From contig DASXFE010000128.1 of NCBI GenBank assembly GCA_036489765.1, forward strand, positions 21,900 to 85,899: a stretch of 64,000 nt of DNA, written 5' to 3'. Positions 18,411-28,585 of the stretch are shown here, piece after piece. Both the position numbers and the translations under genes were made by a program. The notes beneath the pieces are model-generated. The model was not told the DNA's origin. It was given only the letters and a program-made list of their open reading frames with translations, and did no database searches. How positions within the stretch are numbered: the first letter of the stretch is position 1; the number at the start of each line of letters is the position of its first letter. Source of the stretch: Stellaceae bacterium (GTDB taxonomy: Bacteria; Pseudomonadota; Alphaproteobacteria; ATCC43930; CGMCC-115725).

Positions 18411-19621
18411 TCCGCGCCCTCCAGCGTCGCGAGCCGGGACCCGAGCCGCTCCATCAGCGTCTCGCGCACCCCGACGTCAGACACCCGCTCGACCGCCTCG
18501 CGCACAAACCCTTCGATCAACAGCCGCCGCGCCTCGCCCTCGGGGATGCCGCGGGCGCGCAGATAGAACAGCGACGCTTCGTCCAGATCACCGACGCTGG
18601 CCCCATGCGCGCATTTGACATCGTCCGCGAGGATTTCGAGTTCCGGCTTCGTGTCGATGACCGCCCGCCGCCCGATGATCAGGCTGCGGCTGGTCTGCTG
18701 CGCGTCGGTCTGCTGCGCCCCTGCGCGGACCTTGATCGTACCCTGGAACGCCCCATGCCCGCGCCCCGCCGCGACGCCCTTGATCAGTTCGCGCGTCTCG
18801 CCGCCCGCCGCGCGATGATCGATCATCGTGACGATATTCGCCTCATCCGAGCCGCCGACCACAAACGCCCCGTCGATCCGGCACCGGGCCCCCTCGCCTG
18901 CCATGACCACCGACAGCTCGTGCCGCACGGTCTTGCCGCCGAGCAGCAGCACAAACGCGCCAAACCGCGCCTTCTCGCCGAGCGTCACCCGCACATCGCC
19001 GATATGCGCTGCCTCGGCGCCCTCTTCGATACAGACGATGCGGTCCAACACGGCGCCCGGCCCGAGCCGGATGTCGACGACATCGTTGCGCCAATACGCC
19101 CCGTCGCCGGCATAGGTCTCAAACAGTGTCGCCCGGCTGTCGGCCGCCAGGTTGATCAGCGTCTTGGTATGAAGCGAGCCGCCGCTCGACGCCGCATGGG
19201 CGATCTCGATCGGTTGCCCGACGGTCGCGCCGGGACCGACATCGAGCACGAACCCGCCGGCGAAGAACGCCGCGTTGAGGGCCGCGAAAGCCTCGTCGGT
19301 CCCGTCCTCCAGCGCGACCCGCAGCAGATCGGGCCGCTCGGCGATCGCCTTCGCCACGGAGCCGAGCCAGACGCCGGCCCGGGTGATCTCCGGCAGCCGC
19401 GTCTCCGCCGCCGCCGGCAGACGCGGCTTGTCCTGGAGGCCGCGCAGGTCGAGATAGCGCCAGCCCTCGCTGCGCCGGCTCGGAAAACCCTGCTCGGCGA
19501 AGCGATTGATGCCGTGCTTGCGAAAACGGGCGAGCCACTCGGGCTCGTTCGCGGCGCCGGCAAAGGCGTCGAGATAAGGCCGGGCCTCGGGTCTCACGGG
19601 GAAATCGATCGCACCCGTCAT
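18407..19621 (-). CDS. sufD: Fe-S cluster assembly protein SufD
   Basis: 404 aa. The C-terminal beta-helix segment DTKPELEILADDVKCAHGASVGDLDEASLFYLRARGI is SufD-typical. Its stop overlaps the sufS start (ATGA). Confidence 0.9.
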   Translation of the reverse strand: MTGAIDFPVRPEARPYLDAFAGAANEPEWLARFRKHGINRFAEQGFPSRRSEGWRYLDLRGLQDKPRLPAAAETRLPEITRAGVWLGSVAKAIAERPDLLRVALEDGTDEAFAALNAAFFAGGFVLDVGPGATVGQPIEIAHAASSGGSLHTKTLINLAADSRATLFETYAGDGAYWRNDVVDIRLGPGAVLDRIVCIEEGAEAAHIGDVRVTLGEKARFGAFVLLLGGKTVRHELSVVMAGEGARCRIDGAFVVGGSDEANIVTMIDHRAAGGETRELIKGVAAGRGHGAFQGTIKVRAGAQQTDAQQTSRSLIIGRRAVIDTKPELEILADDVKCAHGASVGDLDEASLFYLRARGIPEGEARRLLIEGFVREAVERVSDVGVRETLMERLGSRLATLEGAE

Positions 19622-19638
19622 CTTCGCTTACCTGCCCC

Positions 19639-20387
<749 letters not shown>

Positions 20388-20388
<1 letters not shown>

Positions 20389-20621
20389 CAACGTCCGCTT
20401 TGCTCCGGTAAGACTGAGAGATCGGTAGCGACCTCGCCGTTGAAGAGAAATCGAAAGCGGCCTGCGAGCATCAATCGGCCTGCATCTTCTATTGGCCAGC
20501 GGCGACCGTCCCGAGCGACAACGCCCGTATCCACGTTCAGGCCACCCCCATAAATCCCATAGTCTTGTGAGCTATTTCGATGATTTCCATTACGGTACCC
20601 CACCATCTGTATGAGGATCAA
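20388..20621 (-). CDS. Small ORF (72-77 aa) between sufB and sufC; hypothetical and possibly non-coding
   Basis: It is the only ORF in a 236-bp low-GC spacer. Its stop overlaps the sufC ATG (TGATG). Codon usage is atypical for this genome (AAT, CAT, TAT, ATT, ATA). Start is TTG 20621 or ATG 20606. Confidence 0.35.
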
Positions 20622-20627
20622 AGCAGG

Positions 20628-22082
<1,455 letters not shown>

Positions 22083-22128
22083 CAGGGAAAGACTCTGTTC
22101 AGGTAGGGGCGGGTCAGGTACGGGCAGG

Positions 22129-22578
22129 TCAGGTGCGGGCCGGCGTGGCGATGACGGCCGCCGACGGGAGGAACGACATCGGCGAGATCATCTCGTCGAG
22201 CGAGATCGCCGCCAGCGCCTCCCCGACCGCGCGGTTGATCGCGCCCCAATGCGGCCGGGTCGGGCAGTAATTCGTGTGCGCGCATTCATCGACATGCACC
22301 GAGCATTGCGTCAGCCCGATATCGCCGTCGATCGCGGCAACCACCTCGGCGACCGAGACTGCCCGTGCCGGCCGCGCCAGACGATAGCCGCCGCTCGCGC
22401 CCCGCGTCGCGACGACGAGCTCGGCACGGGCAAGCGCCTTCAGCACTTTGGCCACCGTCGCCGGCGGCAGCCGGGTCTCGGCCGCGATCTGCGCCGCATT
22501 CGCCTGGCGGTCGCTATGGATCGCGAGGTGCGTGGCGACGATGACGCCATAGTCGGCGAGCTTCGATAGGATGATCAT
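22129..22578 (-). CDS. Rrf2-family transcriptional regulator (IscR/SUF-regulator type)
   Basis: ATG 22578 gives [19 protein letters not shown] with a winged HTH. There are Cys residues in the C-terminal half ([14 protein letters not shown]). It is the first gene of the suf operon. Confidence 0.85.
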   Translation of the reverse strand: MIILSKLADYGVIVATHLAIHSDRQANAAQIAAETRLPPATVAKVLKALARAELVVATRGASGGYRLARPARAVSVAEVVAAIDGDIGLTQCSVHVDECAHTNYCPTRPHWGAINRAVGEALAAISLDEMISPMSFLPSAAVIATPART

Positions 22579-22584
22579 ACTGCG

Positions 22585-22605
22585 ACCAATTCGGACTGGA
22601 TTGGT
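22585..22605. promoter_or_regulatory. Inverted repeat ACCAAT-N9-ATTGGT immediately upstream of the Rrf2 gene (candidate operator)
   Basis: Perfect 6-bp arms at 22585-22590 and 22600-22605, 7-27 nt upstream of ATG 22578 on the minus strand. Confidence 0.4.
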
Positions 22606-22684
22606 ACGCAATACATTGTCGCTCAGCCGCGCACGGTCAAGCTGAAAAGCGGCGGAGAGAGGCTGTGGCGTTCGGTCGCGTGCC

Positions 22685-22706
22685 CTTCTGGGCACGTGCC
22701 CAGAAG
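22685..22706. repeat. 22-bp perfect palindrome CTTCTGGGCAC|GTGCCCAGAAG
   Basis: Read directly from the sequence. It is centred on CACGTG and lies between the receiver-gene stop (22744) and the suf regulator start (22578). Confidence 0.7.
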
Positions 22707-22743
22707 AGCGGGCGAGGGCCGCGAGCGTAGCGAGCCGGGATCC

Positions 22744-23133
22744 CTACTCCGGGATCACCCCGATCGCGCGTTCGATCGCGTTGAAGATCTCGCTGGGGCG
22801 AAACGGCTTTTGCATCATGCCGAGCGGGTGTGCCGCCTGCGCGCGCACCGCGATTTCGGGACCGATCACGCCCGACAGAAACATTGCCGGGATGCCGTAC
22901 TCCTCGCGGAGCTGGCTGGCGAGCTCGATCCCGTCGACCGACCCCGCGAGGCGGATGTCGATCAGCGCCAGGCGCGGCTTTTGCTCGGCGACGAGCGCGA
23001 GGGCCTCGAGCCCCGACGCCGCTATCCCGGTCACCTCGAACCCCAGCTCCTCGAGCATGTCGCCGATCGACGTGGCGACCAGCGCCTCGTCTTCGACAAT
23101 GAGGATCGTCAGCGGCTTGCTTGTATTGCCCAT
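22744..23133 (-). CDS. Single-domain response regulator (CheY-like receiver)
   Basis: ATG 23133 (MGNTSKPLTILIVEDE). Phospho-acceptor context LALIDIRL and conserved K in MMQKPF. There is no output domain. Confidence 0.8.
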   Translation of the reverse strand: MGNTSKPLTILIVEDEALVATSIGDMLEELGFEVTGIAASGLEALALVAEQKPRLALIDIRLAGSVDGIELASQLREEYGIPAMFLSGVIGPEIAVRAQAAHPLGMMQKPFRPSEIFNAIERAIGVIPE

Positions 23134-23248
23134 CACAACCACTTCACATCTGATCGCGGCAAAGTTGTCGCCCGCGGATAAGGTGCTCGGCGCCCTGGGG
23201 AAAGGGTGGATCACATCGCTTAGCAAGGGGTTAACGCGGCGGGATGCG

Positions 23249-23926
23249 ATGAAATTGCTTGTCGTCGAGGACGACCGTGAGACGGCGGCCTATCTGCTCA
23301 AGGGGCTGAGCGAAAGCGGCTATGCCGTCGACCATGCGAGCGACGGCAGGCAAGGGCTGTTTCTCGCGACCGCGGGCAGCTACGACGCGATGATCCTCGA
23401 CCGCATGCTGCCCGAGATGGATGGGCTTACGCTGCTCGGCGCTCTGCGCGCGGCGGAAATCCGCACCCCGGCCCTCATCCTGAGCGCGCTCGGCTCGGTT
23501 GACGACCGGGTCAAGGGCTTGCGCGCCGGCGGCGACGATTACCTCGTCAAACCCTTCGCGTTCAGCGAGCTCCTCGCCCGCCTCGAAGCGCTGATGCGGC
23601 GGGGCGCGACGGCGCCGACGACGACGCGGCTGCGGGTCGCCGATCTCGACCTCGACCTGCTGACCCGCACGGTCCGCCGCGGCGGCAAGGTGATCGAGCT
23701 CTTGCCCCGCGAGTTTCAGCTCCTCGAATGCCTGATGCGCCACGCCGGGAATGTAGTCACCCGCACGATGCTGCTCGAAAGCGTGTGGGACTATCATTTC
23801 GACCCGCAGACCAACGTCATCGACGTTCACGTCAGCCGCCTTCGGCAAAAGATCGACCGCAATTTCGACCACCCCCTCCTCCACACCGTCCGCGGCGCCG
23901 GCTACTGCCTGAGAGCGCCGGAGTGA
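23249..23926 (+). CDS. OmpR/PhoB-family response regulator
   Basis: MKLLVVEDD receiver, D in MILDRMLP, KPF, and a winged-helix output domain (LLPREFQLLECLMRHAGNVVTR...VRGAGYCL). Confidence 0.9.
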   Translation: MKLLVVEDDRETAAYLLKGLSESGYAVDHASDGRQGLFLATAGSYDAMILDRMLPEMDGLTLLGALRAAEIRTPALILSALGSVDDRVKGLRAGGDDYLVKPFAFSELLARLEALMRRGATAPTTTRLRVADLDLDLLTRTVRRGGKVIELLPREFQLLECLMRHAGNVVTRTMLLESVWDYHFDPQTNVIDVHVSRLRQKIDRNFDHPLLHTVRGAGYCLRAPE

Positions 23927-23930
23927 GAAG

Positions 23931-25505
23931 GTGAGCGGGCTAGAAAATCCCCTCTCCGCCCGTTGGAGGGAGAGGGAGGAGCCCGATGCGAAGCAGCGGG
24001 AGGGTGCGGTGGCCAACCTCGTCACATACCCACATCCCCCCATCCCTCTCCCCCCAATGGGCGGAGAAAGGGCGGACCCGCGGCGGCGCAGGCGCTGGCT
24101 TCCCGGTGCTCGCCGCCTCTTCAAAACCCATGCGGTCCGCCTCGCCGCCCTCTACGTCGTCGTCTTCGCGGCGTCGGTGCTGGGCGTCTTGTTCTTCGTC
24201 TATTGGACGAGCGCCGATTTCGTCGAGCGGCAAACCGAGGCGACACTGGATGCCGAGGTCACCGGCCTTGCCGAGCAATACGCGCAGCGCGGATTGACCG
24301 GGCTCATCCAGATCGTCGCCGCGCGCAGTGCCGGGGACCGCGGTGACGGGATGCTCTATCTCGTTACCGACCCGCGGGGGAAACCGCTGGTCGGCAACAT
24401 CGCCGATTGGCCGGCCGGGGCGAAGGCGGTCACCGGCCCGGTGTCCTTCACGGTCGAGGTGCCGGTCAAGGGTCGCACCGAGACGCACCCGGCACGCGGC
24501 ATGCTGTTTGTGATCCCGGATAATTTCCGCCTCCTCGTCGGCCGCGACATCAGCGACGCGGCGACCTTTCGCGACCGGGTCAAGACGACGCTCTTGTGGT
24601 CGGGGCTGGGCGCGCTCGTCGTCGGCCTCATCGGCGGCTCGGTGATGAGCCGCAACCTGTTGCGCCGGGTCGAGCAGGTCAACCGAACCGCCGAGCGCGT
24701 TATGGCCGGCAACCTGTCCGACCGGGTGCCGGTCGGTGGGACGCGCGACGAATTCGACCAGCTCGCCGCCAACCTCAACGGCATGCTCGACCAGATCGAG
24801 CGGCTGATGACCGGGATGCGCGAGGTCACCGACAACATCGCCCACGACCTGAAGACGCCGCTCGCCCGGCTCCGTGCCCGGCTTGAGCTGACCTTGCTCG
24901 CCCCCTCCGGCGACGCGGCCCAAATGGAGACAAATCGGGCGGAGGCGATCCGCGCGGCGATCGACGAGGCCGACCGCCTCCTCGCGACCTTCAACGCGCT
25001 CCTCAACATCACCGAGGCCGAGTCCGGCGCGCGCCGCGACCGTGCCGAGCCGCTCGACCTCGGCGAACTGGCCCGCGCCGCCGCCGAGCTCTACGAGCCG
25101 GTCGCGGAGGAGAGCGGCTTTGCCCTCAGGCTCGACAGCGCCCCGGGCGTGATGATCCGCGGCGACCGCCACATCCTGTCGCAGGCGGTCGCGAACCTCC
25201 TCGATAACGCGCTTAAATACGGCGCCGGTGACGAGGCGCCCGGCGAGATCGCGCTGTCGGTGGTCGAGATCGACGGCCACGCCGCGCTCGAAGTCTCCGA
25301 CCGCGGCCCGGGCATCCCGGAAGAGGACCGCGACACGGTCTTCAACCGCTTTGTCCGCCTCGAACGCAGCCGCAGCACTCCCGGCAACGGCCTCGGCCTC
25401 AGCCTCGTCCGCGCCGCCGCCCGGCTGCACGACGGCACCGTAACCCTCGGCGACAACGCGCCGGGGCTTAAGGTGCGGCTCGAATTTCCGGTGCTGGCGG
25501 TTTGA
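23931..25505 (+). CDS. Sensor histidine kinase (2 TM, HAMP, HisKA, HATPase_c)
   Basis: H-box HDLKTPL, N-box LLDNALKYG, G1 DRGPGI, G2 GNGLGLSLV. GTG 23931 lies 7 nt after GGAG and 5 nt after the response-regulator stop. The alternative ATG 24057 lies inside a repeat hairpin (see findings). Confidence 0.82.
   Translation: MSGLENPLSARWREREEPDAKQREGAVANLVTYPHPPIPLPPMGGERADPRRRRRWLPGARRLFKTHAVRLAALYVVVFAASVLGVLFFVYWTSADFVERQTEATLDAEVTGLAEQYAQRGLTGLIQIVAARSAGDRGDGMLYLVTDPRGKPLVGNIADWPAGAKAVTGPVSFTVEVPVKGRTETHPARGMLFVIPDNFRLLVGRDISDAATFRDRVKTTLLWSGLGALVVGLIGGSVMSRNLLRRVEQVNRTAERVMAGNLSDRVPVGGTRDEFDQLAANLNGMLDQIERLMTGMREVTDNIAHDLKTPLARLRARLELTLLAPSGDAAQMETNRAEAIRAAIDEADRLLATFNALLNITEAESGARRDRAEPLDLGELARAAAELYEPVAEESGFALRLDSAPGVMIRGDRHILSQAVANLLDNALKYGAGDEAPGEIALSVVEIDGHAALEVSDRGPGIPEEDRDTVFNRFVRLERSRSTPGNGLGLSLVRAAARLHDGTVTLGDNAPGLKVRLEFPVLAV
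23949..24072. repeat. ~124-bp nested-palindrome MITE/REP-like element, copy A
   Basis: Terminal arms CCCCTCTCCGCCCGTTGGAGGGAGAGGG (23949-23976) and CCCTCTCCCCCCAATGGGCGGAGAAAGGG (24044-24072) are each hairpins and are near reverse complements of each other. The interior aligns with copy C in the opposite orientation. Confidence 0.7.
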
Positions 25506-25528
25506 GAGGGCATAGAGCCCCATCCCAG

Positions 25529-25605
25529 CCTTCCCCCGTTTGTGGGGGAAGGGGTTCATCGTGCCCGCCACTCCCGCTACTCTCTCCCCCGCAAGCGGGG
25601 GAGAG
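25529..25605. repeat. Two related GC hairpins between convergent genes (REP-like; probable bidirectional terminator)
   Basis: CCTTCCCCC-gtttgt-GGGGGAAGG (25529-25552) and CTCTCCCCCGC-aa-GCGGGGGAGAG (25582-25605). Confidence 0.6.
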
Positions 25606-25625
25606 TTGGGGTGGGGGCTTACCCG

Positions 25626-25808
25626 TTACTCCGAGAACCTGCAGCTGCTCGGCTCGTCGTCGAGGCGGCGGGCGGTTTCGGCGATCATCTCGCGGAACCC
25701 CTGCGGGTCGGAGTACCCGGCGCTGCGCAGCACCGGTTCCATCATCTCGTCGTCGAGCAGCTCGTCGAGGCTCGGCTCGTAGCGGCAGCAATCAGCCCTT
25801 CCGGCCAT
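25626..25808 (-). CDS. Small acidic hypothetical protein (60 aa)
   Basis: Strong SD AAGGAGG lies 6 nt upstream of ATG 25808. GC3 is high. The pattern SLDELLDDEMMEPVLRSAGY...FREMIAETARRL resembles a widespread uncharacterised alphaproteobacterial small-protein type. Confidence 0.55.
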   Translation of the reverse strand: MAGRADCCRYEPSLDELLDDEMMEPVLRSAGYSDPQGFREMIAETARRLDDEPSSCRFSE

Positions 25809-25986
25809 GGTCCCCTCCTTGACTACCGTGTTGTAGGCAGATTGGCTGCCAACCGTGTCCTCAATATGACACGCCCTCGGGTATTTTGTGGCAATTTGGC
25901 CCTAGTTTCCGTGATATTCGCCCCATCGCCGCCACAATCTGCACGCGCCTTTCAACCGCCAAACGAGACTCTTACGTGGACCTTCC

Positions 25987-28560
25987 GTGATCGCCGCCTT
26001 TGTCACCCGCCTCGTCGCGCTCGCCCATCGCCGCGCCCTCTGGGTCGTGCTGGCGGCCTTTGTCGCGACGCTGGGCGGCGGGCTTTACGCCGGGACGCAT
26101 CTCGATATGGACACCGATATCGAGCAGCTCTTGCCGCGCAACACGACATGGCGGCAGCAGGAAATCGCGCTCGATAAGGCCTTTCCGCAGAACGCCGACC
26201 TGCTGGCGATCGTGGTCGACGGGCAGACGCCGGAGGCGGCCAATGCCGCGGCCGCCACCCTCGCCGAACACCTCAAGGCCGAGTCCAACCTGTTCCATTT
26301 CGTGCGCCGGCCCGATGGCGGCCCGTTTTTCGACCGTAACGGCCTCCTGTTCTTGCCGCCCGACGATCTCGCCGCAGTAACCCAGCAGCTCATCGCGGCG
26401 CAGCCGGTGATCGGCAGCCTCGCCGCCGACCCGAGCCTCAGGGGCCTCTTCGCCGCGCTGACGCTGTTCCTGCAGGGCGTCCAGCGCGGCGACGTGTCGC
26501 TCGCCAAGCTCGACCCCACGCTGACGACGCTCGCCGACGCCGTAGCGGGCGTCGTCGCCGGGCGGCACGCGCCGCTCTCCTGGGGCCAGATGCTGACCGG
26601 CGAGAAACCGGACCGGCACCAGCTCCGGCAATTCGTCCTGACCCAGCCGGTGCAGGACTACACCGCGCTCGAGCCCGGCGCGAAGGCCACCGCGGAAATC
26701 CGCCGCCTCGTCGAAGAACTCCACCTTGTGCCGGCACATGGCGTGCGCGTGCGCATCACGGGCCCGGTGGCGCTCGGCGACGAGCAATTCGCGACCTTGC
26801 GCCAGGGCGCGCTGCGCTCGACGGTATTTTCGGTCGTGTCGGTGCTGGTGCTGCTGTTTGCGGCGTTGCGCTCGGTGCGGCTCGTCGGCGCGATCCTCGC
26901 AACCCTGGCCAGCGGCGCGACGCTGACTGCCGCCTTCGCCGCGCTGGCGATCGGGTCGCTCAACCTGATCTCGGTTGCGTTCGGCGTCCTCTTTATCGGG
27001 CTCGCGGTCGATTTCGGCATTCAGTTCGGCATCCGCTACCGCGACCAACGCCACCGCCGCGAGGCGCTCGGCGCGGCGCTCGTGGCCGCCGCCGAGACGA
27101 TCGGTCCGTCGCTGGTGCTGGCCGCCGGCGCGACGGCGATCGGGTTCTTCTCGTTCGTCCCGACCGATTACATCGGCGTCCGCGAGCTCGGCTGGATCGC
27201 CGGGGCCGGGATGGTGATCGCGATCGCCCTCAATTTCACGCTGTTGCCAGCGCTGTTGACGCTCCTCAAGCCAAAAGCCGAGCCTGAGCCGATCGGGTTC
27301 GGCTGGGCGGCGCCGGTCGACCGCTTTCTGCTCAGGCGCCGGGTACCGGTGCGGATCCTGGCGCTGGCGGCCGCGATCGGCGGCCTCGCGCTGATCCCGC
27401 GCGTGTCATTCGACTTCGACCCGCTCCACCTCAAGGACCCGCACAGCGAGTCGGTGTCGACCGTGTTCGACCTGATGAAGGATCCCGACACCTCGCCTTA
27501 CACCGCCGAGATCCTCGCTCCCTCGCTGGCGGCCGCGGACGCGCTCGCGGCAAAGCTCGACAAGCTCCCGGAGGTCGACCGCGCGATCACCGTGTCGGCG
27601 CTGATCCCGACCGATCAGCAGAAAAAGCTGGCGACCATCGGCGATGTGTCGCTGCTCCTCGGCCCGACGCTGACGCCGGTTTCGACCCTGCCGCCCCCGA
27701 GCGATGCGGACGTGCTGAAAGCGATGGCGGATTGCCGCGCCGCACTCGCCGGGCCCGGCGCGCAGGACGGGGCGACGGGAAGGCTGGCGGCGGCGCTGGG
27801 GGCGGCGATCGACAAAGGCCCGGGCATCATCGCGCCGCTCGGCGACAGCCTGCTCGCCGGGTTGAAACCCCAACTCGCCCTCCTCGCCGAGCTGATCCAG
27901 GCCCAGCCGGTGACGCTCGCGACCCTGCCCGAGGAGTTGCGCGCCGATTGGGTGACGCCGGACGGCCGCGCGCGGGTCGAGGTGTTTCCCAAGGGAGATG
28001 CGCGCGACAACGCCGTCCTCGAGCGCTTTGTCGCCGCCGTGCGCACCGTTGCGCCGAACGCGACCGGCACGCCGGTGACGATCCAGGAAAGCGGCCACCT
28101 GATCACCCACGCCTTCCTCGAGGCGGGGATCATCGCGGTGATCGCGATTACGGTATTGCTCGCGGCGATCCTGCGGCGGCCGCGCGATGTCGCGCTCGTC
28201 TTCGCGCCGCTGCTTCTGGCGGCGCTGCTGACGCTCGCCCTGACGGTGCTGATCGGGATGCCGCTCAACTACGCCAACATCATTGCGCTGCCGCTCCTTC
28301 TCGGGATCGGCGTCGCGTTCGACATCTATTTCGTCATGAACTGGCGCCGCGGCGTCTCCGAGCACCTGCAGTCGAGCACCGCCCGCGCCGTGATCTTCAG
28401 CGCCTTCACCACCCTCGCCGCCTTCGGCAGCCTCGCCCTCTCGAACGACCCCGGCACCGCCGACATGGGCAAGCTTCTCTCGCTCTCCCTCGCCTGCACG
28501 CTCTTCTGCACGCTGATCGTATTGCCGGCGCTATTGGGGCCGGCGCAAAGCAAGCGATGA
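25987..28560 (+). CDS. hpnN: Hopanoid-associated RND transporter HpnN
   Basis: 857 aa with two MMPL/RND 6-TM bundles (VAFGVLFIGLAVDFGIQFGIRY; LLLGIGVAFDIYFV) separated by periplasmic domains. It sits in an hpn gene neighbourhood. Confidence 0.87.
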   Translation: MIAAFVTRLVALAHRRALWVVLAAFVATLGGGLYAGTHLDMDTDIEQLLPRNTTWRQQEIALDKAFPQNADLLAIVVDGQTPEAANAAAATLAEHLKAESNLFHFVRRPDGGPFFDRNGLLFLPPDDLAAVTQQLIAAQPVIGSLAADPSLRGLFAALTLFLQGVQRGDVSLAKLDPTLTTLADAVAGVVAGRHAPLSWGQMLTGEKPDRHQLRQFVLTQPVQDYTALEPGAKATAEIRRLVEELHLVPAHGVRVRITGPVALGDEQFATLRQGALRSTVFSVVSVLVLLFAALRSVRLVGAILATLASGATLTAAFAALAIGSLNLISVAFGVLFIGLAVDFGIQFGIRYRDQRHRREALGAALVAAAETIGPSLVLAAGATAIGFFSFVPTDYIGVRELGWIAGAGMVIAIALNFTLLPALLTLLKPKAEPEPIGFGWAAPVDRFLLRRRVPVRILALAAAIGGLALIPRVSFDFDPLHLKDPHSESVSTVFDLMKDPDTSPYTAEILAPSLAAADALAAKLDKLPEVDRAITVSALIPTDQQKKLATIGDVSLLLGPTLTPVSTLPPPSDADVLKAMADCRAALAGPGAQDGATGRLAAALGAAIDKGPGIIAPLGDSLLAGLKPQLALLAELIQAQPVTLATLPEELRADWVTPDGRARVEVFPKGDARDNAVLERFVAAVRTVAPNATGTPVTIQESGHLITHAFLEAGIIAVIAITVLLAAILRRPRDVALVFAPLLLAALLTLALTVLIGMPLNYANIIALPLLLGIGVAFDIYFVMNWRRGVSEHLQSSTARAVIFSAFTTLAAFGSLALSNDPGTADMGKLLSLSLACTLFCTLIVLPALLGPAQSKR

Positions 28561-28585
28561 TGGGTAGAGCGCAGCGAAACCCATC
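28559..28585. repeat. Hairpin GATGGGT-N13-ACCCATC spanning both stop codons of convergent hpnN and hpnK
   Basis: The loop AGAGCGCAGCGAA resembles the GAGCGTAGCGAG segment at 22721-22732. Confidence 0.55.
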
